Assembly: GCA_964016885.1 (NCBI GenBank)
Contig: OZ024740.1
Span: 220,720,001 to 220,784,000, forward strand
Direction of reading: 5' to 3'
Origin: Eledone cirrhosa
Lineage: Eukaryota
Length of the DNA: 64,000 bases
Positions 27,542 to 40,505 of the stretch are shown one piece after another. The notes beneath the pieces were generated by a model. The model was not told where the DNA came from. It saw nothing but the letters and a program-made list of their open reading frames with translations, and did no database searches. The position numbers and the translations under genes were made by a program. Within the stretch, counting starts at the first letter, position 1. Every line of letters begins with the position of its first letter.

Positions 27542-30500
27542 AAACTCACATTAGATCTTTTATTCTGTTCTGTTACTTGTAAGTTCATCATGTACACTAC
27601 ATGTACACAAATTATAATAGGTTCTGAGTGTAAAGATATCAGGGATTGGGGAAGGAGAGATACATAAAGGAAGATGAAAGGTCATATTTTGTTCACTCCT
27701 CAGACTCTATACTTAATCTTTTATCCAGTTCTTTTTTCCAGAACCCTTTATAATTCCTTCCTCCTGACAACATTTTCCCTGTACTTGTCAATAATAATTA
27801 AATCAATCTTATTAATCTTAGAGGGTCTGCAAAGGCCTTGAGTACAAACCCTTTCTCCATATCAAACAAATAACCAAAAATAAAAATGGTGGCAATGGTA
27901 GTGAATGAAGGGGATTGTTGATCTGTATGTCATTGTGGGGTCACTATGACTCCATAAGGAGTTAAGTGTCCATACATACAAATACTGTTAATGTGATTTA
28001 AGTAATTTCAATATACAATTAAAGTGAATTTTTGATCACATTTTATTTTCTTCTCTAGGAGAGGTATTAGGCTTGTGTATACAAATACATATACACACAC
28101 TAATAATCAAGATACCTTATTTTTTGTTTTACAATGAAGTGCAAAAAAGGTCACATGTGTTGCATGTGTGTCTGAAAGATATATATATATAGAGAGAGAG
28201 AGAGTAAGAGTGCATTATAGAATGAGTATAGATGTGTTGAGTCTTCATCATCTTAACCATTTATTAAATATTCCACCAATTCTCTTTTAAATATTTCTTG
28301 AAAAATTTGTTGTCTTATTTGAATTAATATTTCTTGTTTTAGCTGACATTAATCAATGCTTCCCGATTGTATTTAAAAACTGATGATCTTTCTGGAAAGG
28401 TAAGATTTTAAGGTTGTCCACTTATATCCTAAACACAACTATTTTCGATGTTGCTTTTTTGGGGGGTGCATTTTCCAATGTAGGAATTATTACAAATTTG
28501 TAAATGTTCTTCTGTATTAACCTTTTAGTTACCAACCTGGCCAGAACTGGTTCTATGAAATAACTCCACCCAATTTTAAAGGTTTCCAATTTAAATTAAA
28601 ATCTTGCAAAATAATTTTATATAAGAAACTTACATTAAGTTGCTATCTTAGTAATGAAATAATTAATAATCTTAGTAAATCCCTCAAAATTCTTCATTAA
28701 TTAATTGAAATATAGTGTATTTCATTAGAAATGTAGCCCTGAAAGGGTTAAAATGTCAGACTAGATTTATTCATTAGTAAGTAACTTGATAATATTTCTG
28801 AATTCAAGCTCAGTTAAGGGTTAAATGAATAAATTATTAGCTGATAACATTAATTAGTATTCAAAACCTAAAGCATGTCATGTTAAATTCCCAGATATTT
28901 TGGCTAGCTATCTTCAGTGCCACAAGTTTAATCAAGCAAATATGACCAAAGTTTTCAGATAAAATAACTTAAGAAATGTTGCTCAAACTTCTGAGATAGT
29001 ACAATTGCTATAGGCACTAACACCCTATACTATATCCCTTAAAACAAAAATATAATTTGGCTGATCAGTAAAGACTCTGATCAAGTAAGTGACATGCCAC
29101 ACCCACCTCTACTTCTCTTATTATCCTTACTGTGTCATGCTGTTCAGCCCTTAAACTAAAAACTTTGCCCAATCATTCCTTCTCGAATGGCAACTCTCCT
29201 CAATTATATCATGTATTCAAAATTATTTATATCAAACTGTTTTCAGAAGAAAAGTCAAATGCCATTGAATTGAGCTGGAGATCAGGTTATAATTGTTTCA
29301 TATCCTAAATTATTTTACTTTATTTTTTTTTTAATACACAAAGGCCATAATGTATTTCCTCTGATGCAGATTTATTGAACCTAGAGACTCATCAGGTTAT
29401 AGCTTCTTTAGGTTCCATGTGGAATTAAGTGACTGAGACAAGACACAATACTAATCTACTACAAGATTAATCCTCAAGTGCTGGTATTCATTTTTATAAC
29501 CAAATATACTGGAGCTATGCGAAATTGCCTAACCAGGGACTCAAACCCATAGCTTTATGATTGTGAGATCATCTTCTGAGCCACTAAACTGCATGCCTTC
29601 AAATGATGTCAGCCGAGTCACACTGTGGGTATTAGTGATTACAAAATCTCATGTCTTTCTATTTAGCATTTTACAAGTATTTTCTGTATTATATTTTTTA
29701 AAATAAAATATTCTATTACACAATATTTCCTGTTGGCATATATTAGCTAAGGTTATGACTTACTATTGAATTACACAATTAGATTTTATATTAATGACAC
29801 ATAATTGATTAGGAATTTAAACAAATTTCAGGAGTTCTTCATACATCTATAGATATAAATACTTGGACACATCAGTGTTGTATACAGGAGTTATTGGTTA
29901 TTACATGTCTTACAGCTTACAGTTCTTCAGATATCCTGAGATGTAAACACTTGGGAAACATCAGTGTCACTGGGTATTACAGGTTTTCAACACAGCTCTT
30001 TCTACATCTACAGATATACATGCTTGGGCACAGTAACAGTGTTGTATCCTGGAGTCACTGAGTGTATCAGGTCTTACAACATACATGTTTATTCATGTGA
30101 CCGGACCAAGGTTGATCAAGCATCAATCCCTATCCAAGTGGCATTATGACCTCAGTGGTCACTTCTTTTCAGCCATAGCCATCTAGATACCCTCTCTGCT
30201 CTTTCCATGTTGTTAATAGATACCTGCAGCTTACTCTCATAGGGCCTAGAGTTCCATAGGCCTTTCGAAAGGAATATCCTGACCCCTTGACAACCCACCC
30301 CCACATATTCCTGCAATACGTCACCAACTAGTATTTTGCTCTCTTTTTTTCTTGTGCCTCCTCCCTCCTCTTCCAGACAACCATAAAAGGCTTCAGTAAA
30401 ATGAGCTATCTTGTCACCTCAGAAACCAATATAATGTCTGGTCTCACCAACAACTGTATAATTAGACCATTAGCAGGGCCAGAATTTTGGATATTTGTTC

Positions 30501-31065
30501 CAGTTCTCTAAGTTCAAATCCCACAGAGGTCCACTTAGAAAGTACTAGCCCAGTAATGGTGCAGCTATCTCACCTTACAAGTGTCATATCTTGGACGTTC
30601 CACTAGATTCAAGGAGGGAAGGTTGAGAAGGTATGTCTCTGCTCACAACTGAATGGGTATTTAAAACCCTGAGCAAAAGAATGGTACATACTACCAAGTT
30701 ATACTCAATTGCAATAGATGAGTATAATTTTTTTTATTTAGGGTCATTATCAAACACTTCATGTAGTTCATCAAGAGTAAATCTTGTAGTGCTCATGATG
30801 AAGAGTTTGCTATCCTTCAACTTATTCACTTTACTTCATCATCATTGCTTTTAGATCTAGTTTTCCATACTGACAGGGCTTGGACATTTTTCAAGCAGTT
30901 TTTCTACAGCTGGATGCTTTTCTTGATGCCAACTCTCACTTGTTTTTCAAATAAGGTACAGATCTTCACATAACTACCTGTTGAAATGTAGGACATACAA
31001 AAATATTGCTTGCCTGCCAAGCAATATTGAATGTGAGGGGATGGCTACTGACTGAGGAGTTCATA

Positions 31066-34000
31066 CATCATCATCATCTTCGTTTAACGTCCATCTTCCA
31101 CGCTAGCATGGGTTAGACGGGAGTTTTCCCATTTGAGGCAAGGTTGGTCGGGTGACCGTGTCTCAATCATATAGGACTATCTGGCAGGTTTTCTACAACT
31201 GGATGCCCTTCCTAACACCAACCACATTTACAGTGTGGAACTGGGAACTTTTTACCATGTTACCTACACGGCTACATTACAGCGTGGACTGTGTGTTTTT
31301 TTGTTGTGACACCTACACAATCTCATTTATTTGGACTGGATATTGTGGTACCAACTTTACAGAGAGAGGGTGGTGTTGGTGGGAGTGGAAGGATAGGGTA
31401 GGGGTAGTGGATTTGGGTGTATATTTGGTTAAGAGGTGCCTACTGACTGTAGGTTTCACTTTGTACATAGGCAAGGCAGGTCTTCTGTATTACTGCATAG
31501 CGCCAAAGATCTCGGTCCAGTGACATTGTCTTAGAGAGGTGCAAGTCTGTAAGGTCGGAATTAATCAGATCATCCCAGGATTTTCTGGGTCTACCTACTC
31601 CGTAACTACCATCAATTTTGATCGCCTAGCACTTTTTTATACAGCTGTCGTCTTTCATGCACATCACATGACCATACCAACGTAGTTTTCTCTCAAGTAA
31701 ACAGCATCTGATCCCTCTTATTCCTAATTTCTCACTTAGTTCATTTATGCTTTGCCGTTCACGTATATTACTATTACACATCCAATAGAGCATGCATGCT
31801 TTGTTCCTTTCCAGTCTGTGCAGGTCCTCTGCACGTAATGCCCATGTCTCACTGCCATGTAGCATTGCTGTTTGTATACAGGCATCATACAATCTGCCTT
31901 TCCTTTTTAGAGAGAAACCTTTTGTGGCCAACAGTGGTATAAGCTCTCTGAACTTTTTCCATCCCGTTCTGACTCTGGCTACTGTACTTTCAGAGCACCC
32001 TCCACCACTGCTGATTTCGTCACCCAGGTAACGGAAAGTATCCACTATTTCTATAGAACCATCTGGGCAATAGAAGGAGCTAGTATCCTGTGGACACTTG
32101 CTACTTAGTGCACCTGAGCATTGGCCACATATAAAGTCTACGTTCTTAGATAGTTTACCTGTGATCTCACTACATCTTTTATGTACCCATAGTTTGCATT
32201 TGGGACATAAAATGGAATTCCTGCCTACTCCTTTCCTACACACTGAGCATGGCCATTTCCCTGAGGGTACCTGTGCCCTATTTTCCTTTCTACAAACTAG
32301 AACTTTAGTCTTAGACAAGTTAACTTTAAGGCCTTTTGATTCTAGGCTATTCTTCCATGATTCAGCTAAGAGAGTTAGATCATCTGTGTATAGGAGTTCC
32401 CATGGGGAGCCGGTCTTGAACTCCTCTGTTATAGCCTGAAGGGCAATAATAAATAGGAAGGGGCTAAGGACAGAGCCTTGATGAACACCAACTTTTACAC
32501 TAAATTCTTCACTATATTCGTTGTTAATTCTAACCTTGCTGACTGTTTCTTTATACATGGCTTGTATAGCTCTCACAAGCCATTCACCTACACCTAGTTT
32601 TCTAAGAGCCCACCAGATAATGGAGCGGGGGACTCTGTCAAAGGCTTTTTCCAGGTCTACAAAAGCTAAGTAGAGGGGTTTACTTTTAGCTAGGCACTTC
32701 TCCTGTAGTTGTCGTACAAGGAAAAGAGCGTCTGTGATACTTTTACCTGACACAAACCCAAACTGCATTTCATCTAGATCAATTCGCTCTCTGATTAGTT
32801 GCGCTATAACTCTTTCTGTGACCTTCATGACCTGGTCAACTAACTTAATGCCTCTATAGTTTCCCCTATCTAAAGCATCCCCTTTACTCTTGTAGCAGTT
32901 AATGATGATGCTACTACGCCAGTCTTTTGGTATGACCTCTTCTGTATTACTTGGTTAACTATCCGGGTGACCATAGTATGTCCCACTATTCCAGATACCT
33001 TCAACATCTCAGCAACTATCTCCGAAGGCCCAGCTGCCTTGCCTGTCTTCATATCTTTGATTGCCTTACTTATTATACTACCTTTAACTTGCACCGCTGG
33101 TCCTTCTATTGGATCAATTTGGGGCAGACTATCTTTTTCCCATTTATTCTCCTCATTTAATAGTCTCTTGTAGTGACACTTCCAGGCTTTCTTCTTATCA
33201 GTATCAGTGAGGGCAAGTACACCGTTATCATTACGGACACACTTCTCCCCGACACATTGTCTAGCAATCCTGAACACCTCATGTTGTAGAACATGCTTGA
33301 ACTTTCTATCCTCTGCTTCCCTTTTTGCAAGGTACACTTGTCTCCTAGCCACTTGATAGTGTTCTCTACTTCCCCCATCCTGCTTTTTGGCCTTGTCTCC
33401 TCCAGCCACAGATTTCATCAGGTTTACTTTCAAGAATTCCCACTGTTCCTCTATATTGCACATCTCTATTTGCTCTTCCTTATTGTCAAAGGCATCAAGT
33501 AATAAGCTTTTAAATTTGTCACTGGCTATGGGGTCCTTCAACTTCCATATTCTTCTCCTCAAGGTAGGCCTCCTCTGTCATCGAGTACATCTATTCCTGA
33601 CTATGAGGTCACTAACTACTAGGCTATGTTGGGAGGTGCATTCTTCACGGGGGAGGGATTTAGTGTTTACAACAGACACTTTGTCATGTCTTCTAGTAAG
33701 GATATAATCTATCTGGCTGGTGTGCTCCCCTGATCTATAGGTGATCAAGTGGTTTTCTCGTTTTTTGAAGTTTGTGTTACAGATAGTTAGGTTATTAGCG
33801 TCACAGAATTCCAGGATTCTGAAGCCCTCCTCATTTCTATTTCCAGCCCCATAGCCTCCATGGATTCCACCATAGCCATCACTATGTTGTCCAACGTGAC
33901 CATTTAGGTCACCAGCAATAATTAAGTAGCCGCTGTCAGTTATTTGGGAGGTAGTGTGCATTAACGTCTCATAGAACTTGTCCTTTATAACGTCAGGTAG

Positions 34001-34600
34001 ACCAGATTGGGGTGCATAAGCGGATATTATTGTCACAGTAGATCTATTTAGAACTAGTCTTATTTTAATTATTCTGTGATTCCCTCTATTTACGTCACTT
34101 ACCTTATCTACCCATTTTTCAGCTAACATAATTCCTACACCACCCAGTCCATTGTTATTTCCCACCCAGAAAAGTTTATAGCATCGATTTTTAACCCACA
34201 ACAAATCTGGCAGACCCACCTCTCCACCTAGTCTCTTGATCACAACAAACATCAACTTCTTTACGTTCAAGCATCTCTACAACCTCATTTGAGCGACCTT
34301 TCAATGTGCCTAAGTTCATGGTACCAACTCTGAAGTTGGGAGGGTGGGATGGATGGGTTGGAGGGGCAGGGAGGGGTGTGGGGAGACGGAATTATGTTGG
34401 TCATCCATGTCTGAAATAAAGAGGGGTCCTTGTATTCTCGTCCTGCAGCGGGAGGTGAATTTATCTTTATGTCACATTGTCAGTGAGTGCTTAGACTTTC
34501 CAAATTCCGCAGTCCACCCATCAAACAGGTCTAAACTTAAGGAGTAGTAACCGAGGTGGTAGCTTTGCTATACTGATTTGTTAGAGAACTTACTATAAGC
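31066..34600 (-). mobile_element. Near full-length RTE-clade LINE (APE endonuclease + RT + PHD finger), frameshifted
   Basis: ORFs 33578-34270 (SAYAPQ, GDLNGHVG, SQIDY, SQH), 32870-33562 and 31626-32828 (FVDLEKAFD, GVHQGSVLSP, YTDD); 3' UTR with (ATG)n tail. 5' boundary approximate. Confidence 0.92.
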
Positions 34601-34842
34601 CGCTGAGTTATGATTGGACAATATAGCAATAGTGGTGTCTGGGTGTGGGAGGGCAGGAAATGGGTAACTTTAGGAGAAGGTTAGTTTTTAGGAAGGGTCC
34701 AACAGAATGAGACATATTAAAAACATGTAAAATATTAATTGAAAATCCAAGAGAAAAACGGAGAATTTGAATTCTAGACTGGCATAAATAGAAGTTTAAA
34801 ACGCTGCTTATTGAGTCAACTTTATGGGTAACTTTAGGAGAT

Positions 34843-35794
34843 ATCATCATCATCATCATCAACGTTTAACGTCCGTGTTCCACGCTTGCATGGGTTTGGA
34901 CGGGGGTAGTCCCACTTGAGGCAAGAGTGATTGTCTTGCTCGCATAGGACTGTCTGGCAGGTTTTCTACAGTTGGATGCCCTTCCTAACACCAACCACAT
35001 TTACAGTGTGGGTCTGGGAGGTTTTTACCGTGTTGCCTACACGGCCACATTACAGCGTGGACTGTGTGTTTTTTTGTCGTGACACCTACACGATCTCATT
35101 TGTTTCGGCCTCGATGGCGCGGCACCAACATAACTTTACATAGAACGGGGTGGTGTGGATCGGGTGGGGGTGGGGGTGGTGGGACGGGGTGTATTTTGTT
35201 AGAGATGCCTACTGGCTGGAGTAGGTTTTACTATATATTTAGGTAAGGCGGGTCTTCTCTGTTACTGAGTACCGCCAAAGGTCTCGGTCCAGTGACATTG
35301 TCTTGGAGAGGTGTAAGTGTGTGATGTCGGAGTTTATCAGCTCGTCCCAGGTTTTTCTAGGTCTGCCTATTCCGTGACTACCGTCTATCTTTATTGCCCT
35401 GCACTTTGTTATACAGCTATCGACTTTCATGCGCATCACGTGTCCATACCAACGTAGCCTTCTCTCGAGTAAACAACATCTGATCCCTCTTATCTCTAAT
35501 TTATTCCTTAGTTCGTTTATGCTTTGCCGTTCACGTATATTACTGTTACACATCCAGCGGAGCATGCAAGCTTCGTTCCTCTCTAGTCTGCGTATATCCT
35601 CTGCACACAATGCCCAGGTCTCACTGCCATGCAGCATTGCTGTTCGTATGCAGGCATCGTACAACCTGCCTTTCATTTTTAGTGAGAACCCTTTAGCAGC
35701 TAATAGTGGTATAAGCTCTCTGAACTTTTTCCAACCAGTTCTGACTCTAGCTACAGTACTTTCAGAGCACCCTCCCCCACTGCTGATTTTATCG
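34843..35794 (-). mobile_element. 5'-truncated young RTE LINE
   Basis: Near-identical to the 14706 copy; ORF 35239-35862. Confidence 0.92.
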
Positions 35795-36155
35795 ATATAA
35801 TATATATATGCATAAAGAAAAACACAAACATATATATATCTGTCTTGAGCCAGGAGGCTCATCAGACCAGTGCTTATCCCAGTTTCTGAGGCATGAAGTG
35901 ACAGAGTACATGACTCTTCCCTAGACAGGATGCCAGTCCATCACAAGGTTAAACCTCCAGATATTACTGGTATTCATTTTCAGCTGAGTATACTGGAACA
36001 ACATGAAAATGGAGTGCATTGCTCAAGAAAACAACACAGAATCTAGTCCAGGATTTGAACCCACAACATTATGATCGTAAATCCAACACCTTTACCTCTA
36101 GGCCATGTGCCTACACAAAAATATATATATACATGTGTGTGTGTTATGTGTGTGT

Positions 36156-37203
36156 ATCATCATCATCATCATTTAACGTCCATGTTCCACGCTTGCATGG
36201 GTTTGGACAGGAGTTTTCCCACTTGAGGCAAGAGTGGTTGTCATTGCTCGCATAGGACTGTCTGGCGGGTTTTCTACAGCTGGATGCCCTTCCTAACACC
36301 AACCACATTTACAGTGTGGGGCTGGGAGGTTTTTACCGTGTTGCCTACACGGCCACATTACAGCGTGGACTGTGTGTTTTTTTTTGTCGTGACACCTACA
36401 CGATCTCATTTGTTTCGGCCTGGATGTTGTGGCACCAACATAACTTTACATTGAAAGGGGCGGTGTGGAAGGTGGGACGGGGGTGTATTTTGTTAGAGAT
36501 GCCTACTGGCTGTAGTAGGTTTTACTTTGTATTTAGGTAAGGCGGGTCTTCTCTATTACTGAGTACCGCCAAAGGTCTCGGTCCAGTGACATTGTCTTGG
36601 AGAGGTGTAAGTGTGTGAGGTCGGAATTTATCAGCTCGTCCCAGGTTTTTCTGGGTCTGCCTACTCCGTGGCTACCGTCTATCTTTATTGCCCTGCACTT
36701 TGTTATACAGCTGTCGTCTTTCATGCGCATCACGTGACCATACCAACGTAGCCTTCTCTCGAGTAAACAACATCCGATCCCTCTTATTTCTAATTTTTTC
36801 CTTAGTTTGTTTATGCTTTGCCGTTCACGTATATTACTATTACACATCCAAGCTTCGTTCCTCTCTAGTCTGCGTATATCCTCTGCACACAATGCCCAGG
36901 TTTCACTGCCATGCAACATTGTTGTTCGTATGCAGGCATCATACAACTTGCCTTTCATTTTTAGGGAGAACCCTTTAGCGGCTAATAGTGGTATAAGCTC
37001 TCTGAACTTTTTCCATCCAGTTCTGACTCTAGCTACTGTACTTTCAGAGCACCCTCCCCCACTGCTAATTTTGTCACCCAGGTAACGGAAGCTGTCCACT
37101 ATTTCTATAGAACCCTCTGCGCAATTGAAAGAGCTAGTATTTTGTGGGCACTTGCTGCTACTTATTGCACCAGAGCACCGGCCACATGTAAAATCTATGT
37201 TCT

Positions 37204-37205
<2 letters not shown>
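36156..37205 (-). mobile_element. 5'-truncated RTE LINE
   Basis: ORF 36533-37099 of the same family; (ATG)n tail; 5' end abuts (TA)n. Confidence 0.92.
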
Positions 37206-37234
<29 letters not shown>

Positions 37235-37520
37235 GAGTTGAGATTTTTATCTTTTTCTTTACCAAAACACAGCCACTGTATCTGCTATTAACTAAACGTG
37301 TGCACTTTGAACAGCTGATTGCAACTGCATTACTGTAATTTGGCAGATTCATTGAGTGAGGTAGATTGACTCAATAACAGTGATCTTCGTTACTTTTATA
37401 TATATATATATATATTATATAGTACAGATTCCGACAACAACAAACTCACTCATAAGGCAGAAGAAGACTCTTGCAGAGGATTGGCAGCAGTGTTCAAGAG
37501 TCAAATGAGATGCTTTACTA

Positions 37521-37687
37521 CCGTATTTCTCGTTGCCGAAGACACTGTCTTTGAGGACGCCCCCTAATTTTGACAACCAAAAATTTGAAAAAAACCCAAA
37601 AAACAACATTCGGCCTCCAGGACACATGGTAGATTTTTGAGACTTATTTTAGGAAAAAAGTAGCATCTTCGACGCCGGGAAATACGG
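37521..37687. mobile_element. pogo/Tigger-type MITE
   Basis: TIRs CCGTATTTC...GAAATACGG flanked by TA on both sides. Confidence 0.75.
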
Positions 37688-38529
37688 TATATCTAATTTG
37701 GTTTGTTCTTTCTGAGTTCAAATCGCACCTCTTTCTCTCAAGATTTGTGACTGGCAGTATCAACTATGGAAACATTGATCAGCTCCTTTCCTTTTATATC
37801 TCTCAAAACATGGTACTTTAGTTCTTATCAGGTCCTTAGCACATATAAAACTCAAGAGACACAACAGAGTACAATCAAACTTTTAAAATGGTTAAATAAT
37901 ATAGAAATCATTGACAGAATTTGCAATTATATATTCTTTATTGCATAGAAAATTGCAGATATGTGCAGCCATTAAAATATTTACACGAAAGGGAATAAAT
38001 TAGGGTAGAACTGGTAAAGATATTCATTGATAAGGTTTTCCTGTAAAAAGAAAAGACAGAAAAATAAATAAATAAAATAATTATTTCCTGATTAGTTTGT
38101 TCTGGAACATTTAAACTGATCATACGAATCACAGAACTCCTTTTTAAGACATTGTTTTATGGCTGGTTTTCATGCCCTTCTTAGTGCCAACCCCTGTGAA
38201 GAGAAAGGGAATGAGATGGTTGGGTCATGTGTTGAGGAAAGATTAAAGTAACTGGATGAGGGGAGAGATGGAAATGAATTTAGAAAGAAATATAAGAAAG
38301 GGAAAACATGACTAAAGATGATGGAAAAGGAAATGAATGCAAGGGAGTAGGTAAGTGGGGATGCATAGGTTAGGGCAAAATGGAAGCCAATGAAGAGTTT
38401 CGCAAAGCAAACTCTGCTTTAACAGGTAAAATTCATATTAGATTATGTTTCTTATTTATTTATATATTTTATACTCCTTGGATATGTGCTCACCCCAAGT
38501 CTTAATTTCTATTCCTGGTCAGATAAACT

Positions 38530-39115
38530 AAAATGTTTCCAATACCAGGAAGGTTCCATAGTAGTGGTTGAGAGTTCCAGCTACCTAGGTGATCCATGCT
38601 GGGGAGGAGGTTGTACTGAGAGAATAGTAGCTAGGATAAGATTAGTATGGAAAAAGTTCAGGGAGCTACAATCTCTGTTGATGACAAAAGGTTTCTCTCT
38701 ATAAAAGAAAGGTCAGCTGTATGATGCCTGTTAGTCAACTATGATGTTGCATGGCAGTGAAACATAAATGTAGAGGGTATATGAAGACTAGAGAGAAATG
38801 AAGCAAGCATGCTCTAATGGATGTGCAATGTTAAGCATGAATGAGCTGTGAGAAAAGCTGGATATAAAAGGAATTAGATGTAGTGTGCAAGAGAGAAGAA
38901 GGCACTGCTATGGCCATGTAATGCATATAGATGATCATTTGGTGAAGAAGTGCCAATAAATCCAAGTGGACGGAAGCTGCAATAGGAGATGAAGAAAAAC
39001 CTGTGCAAAGGTTGTGGGAGATAATCTCAAATCACTGAAGCTCACAGTTGGGTTGACAAAAGACCACAACAAGCAGAAGGATGCTGTGCTTGAAAAGATT
39101 CATCCAACCCATGGA
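38530..39115 (+). mobile_element. Older degenerate RTE 3' fragment
   Basis: SYLGD...GGGCTE..VARIRLVWKKFREL..TKGFSL, with stops. Confidence 0.8.
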
Positions 39116-39917
39116 AAAGAGGATATTCCTGATAGATGGATATGTAGCAAAATCTGTCCACACCTTAACCCCTGGGTACACTTAATGGTCAAATTCTGGG
39201 TTACCTCCTTTTTGGCGTAAACAAGTCTATGCGTGGGTGGTCCCTCGAGGCAGGGGACAGATATAAATAGCCTGTCTTAGACCAGGCAAAAAGTAGTTCG
39301 GAGCAGTTCTTGAGAGAATAATGATGTAAAACATTCGCTTTCTACAGACATTTGCTCTCTCTCTCCTGGTTTTACAGGCTCTCACCTTCTCTGGCCACAG
39401 ACTACACCAGCATAACAAAGTAACAACAAAAACATTGTCAATCTTTATAACTTGTAGTAACCTATTCTTTGTTCATTTATTCACTGAAGTGGAGTAAATT
39501 TTATATCAAAATGAAACTATTTATTTTGTGTTATTTCACCTCTAACAACATTTACTAACTTTTGCTTTGCTTCAGATATTCTTGTTTACTTCTGTACATG
39601 TAATGTTCAGACAGCACACAAGAAATTATTGACAAATTCTGTTGTCTAAGTAATTTAATCAGTGCTAAAAAGGAACAATAGATCATCATCATTTTACATG
39701 TTTATCTATACTGGTATTGGTTAGATGAGACATGTTGAGGCACTTTTTCTACATCCTGATGCAAACCTATACTCATATAGCTTACAACCACAGTGGTGGA
39801 CTTACCTATAAGCTAAATAATCTATTGCTTAGGGTTACACACACTAGGAGGCCTCTTTTTTTTTTAAATATAGTTTTCTTTTATCGTTAGTTTTTATTCT
39901 TTAACACTAAATCATCA

Positions 39918-39966
<49 letters not shown>

Positions 39967-40134
39967 CACAGTTCAAGAGTAACCAATCTTAAAGAGAGAG
40001 ATGGAGATAGGAGAGGAGAGATTGGTGAATTAGTTAGAAGCCAAAGCGTAAAGGCATGTGCTCAATGTGCAATATGCAGTAGAAAGCAGCTAGGTGGCTG
40101 GGTTCATGCAGAAGTTAGGTGCGCAGAGCTGGAA

Positions 40135-40464
40135 ATATTCATTAGTTAAGCAAAACAAGACCACAAATTTCACAAGGAAGACATTATTAAAAGATTGTCA
40201 ACATATTTTAGTTTGATGTAAGGAATGTAGAGAATAATAATAATAATATTAATAATAATAATGTCTGTTTACAATTGTTTCGCTACTCCATATAATATTT
40301 CTGGATCAGATGACTATATATCATTATTGATCTGGTTCAATTGAAAATAATTAACATATTTAAAAACATTCCTCTCTACATTCCTTACATCAAACTAAAA
40401 TATGTTGACAATCTTTTAATAATGTCTTCCTTGTGAAATTTGTGATCTTGTTTTGCTTAACTAA

Positions 40465-40471
<7 letters not shown>
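40135..40471. repeat. 99-bp inverted repeat (40135-40233 / 40373-40471)
   Basis: Arms are reverse complements with one mismatch seen; lies between two (TA)n runs. Confidence 0.9.

Positions 40472-40500
<29 letters not shown>

Positions 40501-40505
<5 letters not shown>

Noticed and set aside
29830-30085. Degenerate ~80-bp triplicated sequence with an open frame
   Set aside because: No recognisable protein similarity or clear exon structure; treated as an old tandem repeat.
34400-34580. HDV-like ribozyme in the RTE 5' UTR
   Set aside because: Known for some RTE elements, but the nested double pseudoknot could not be built by eye here.
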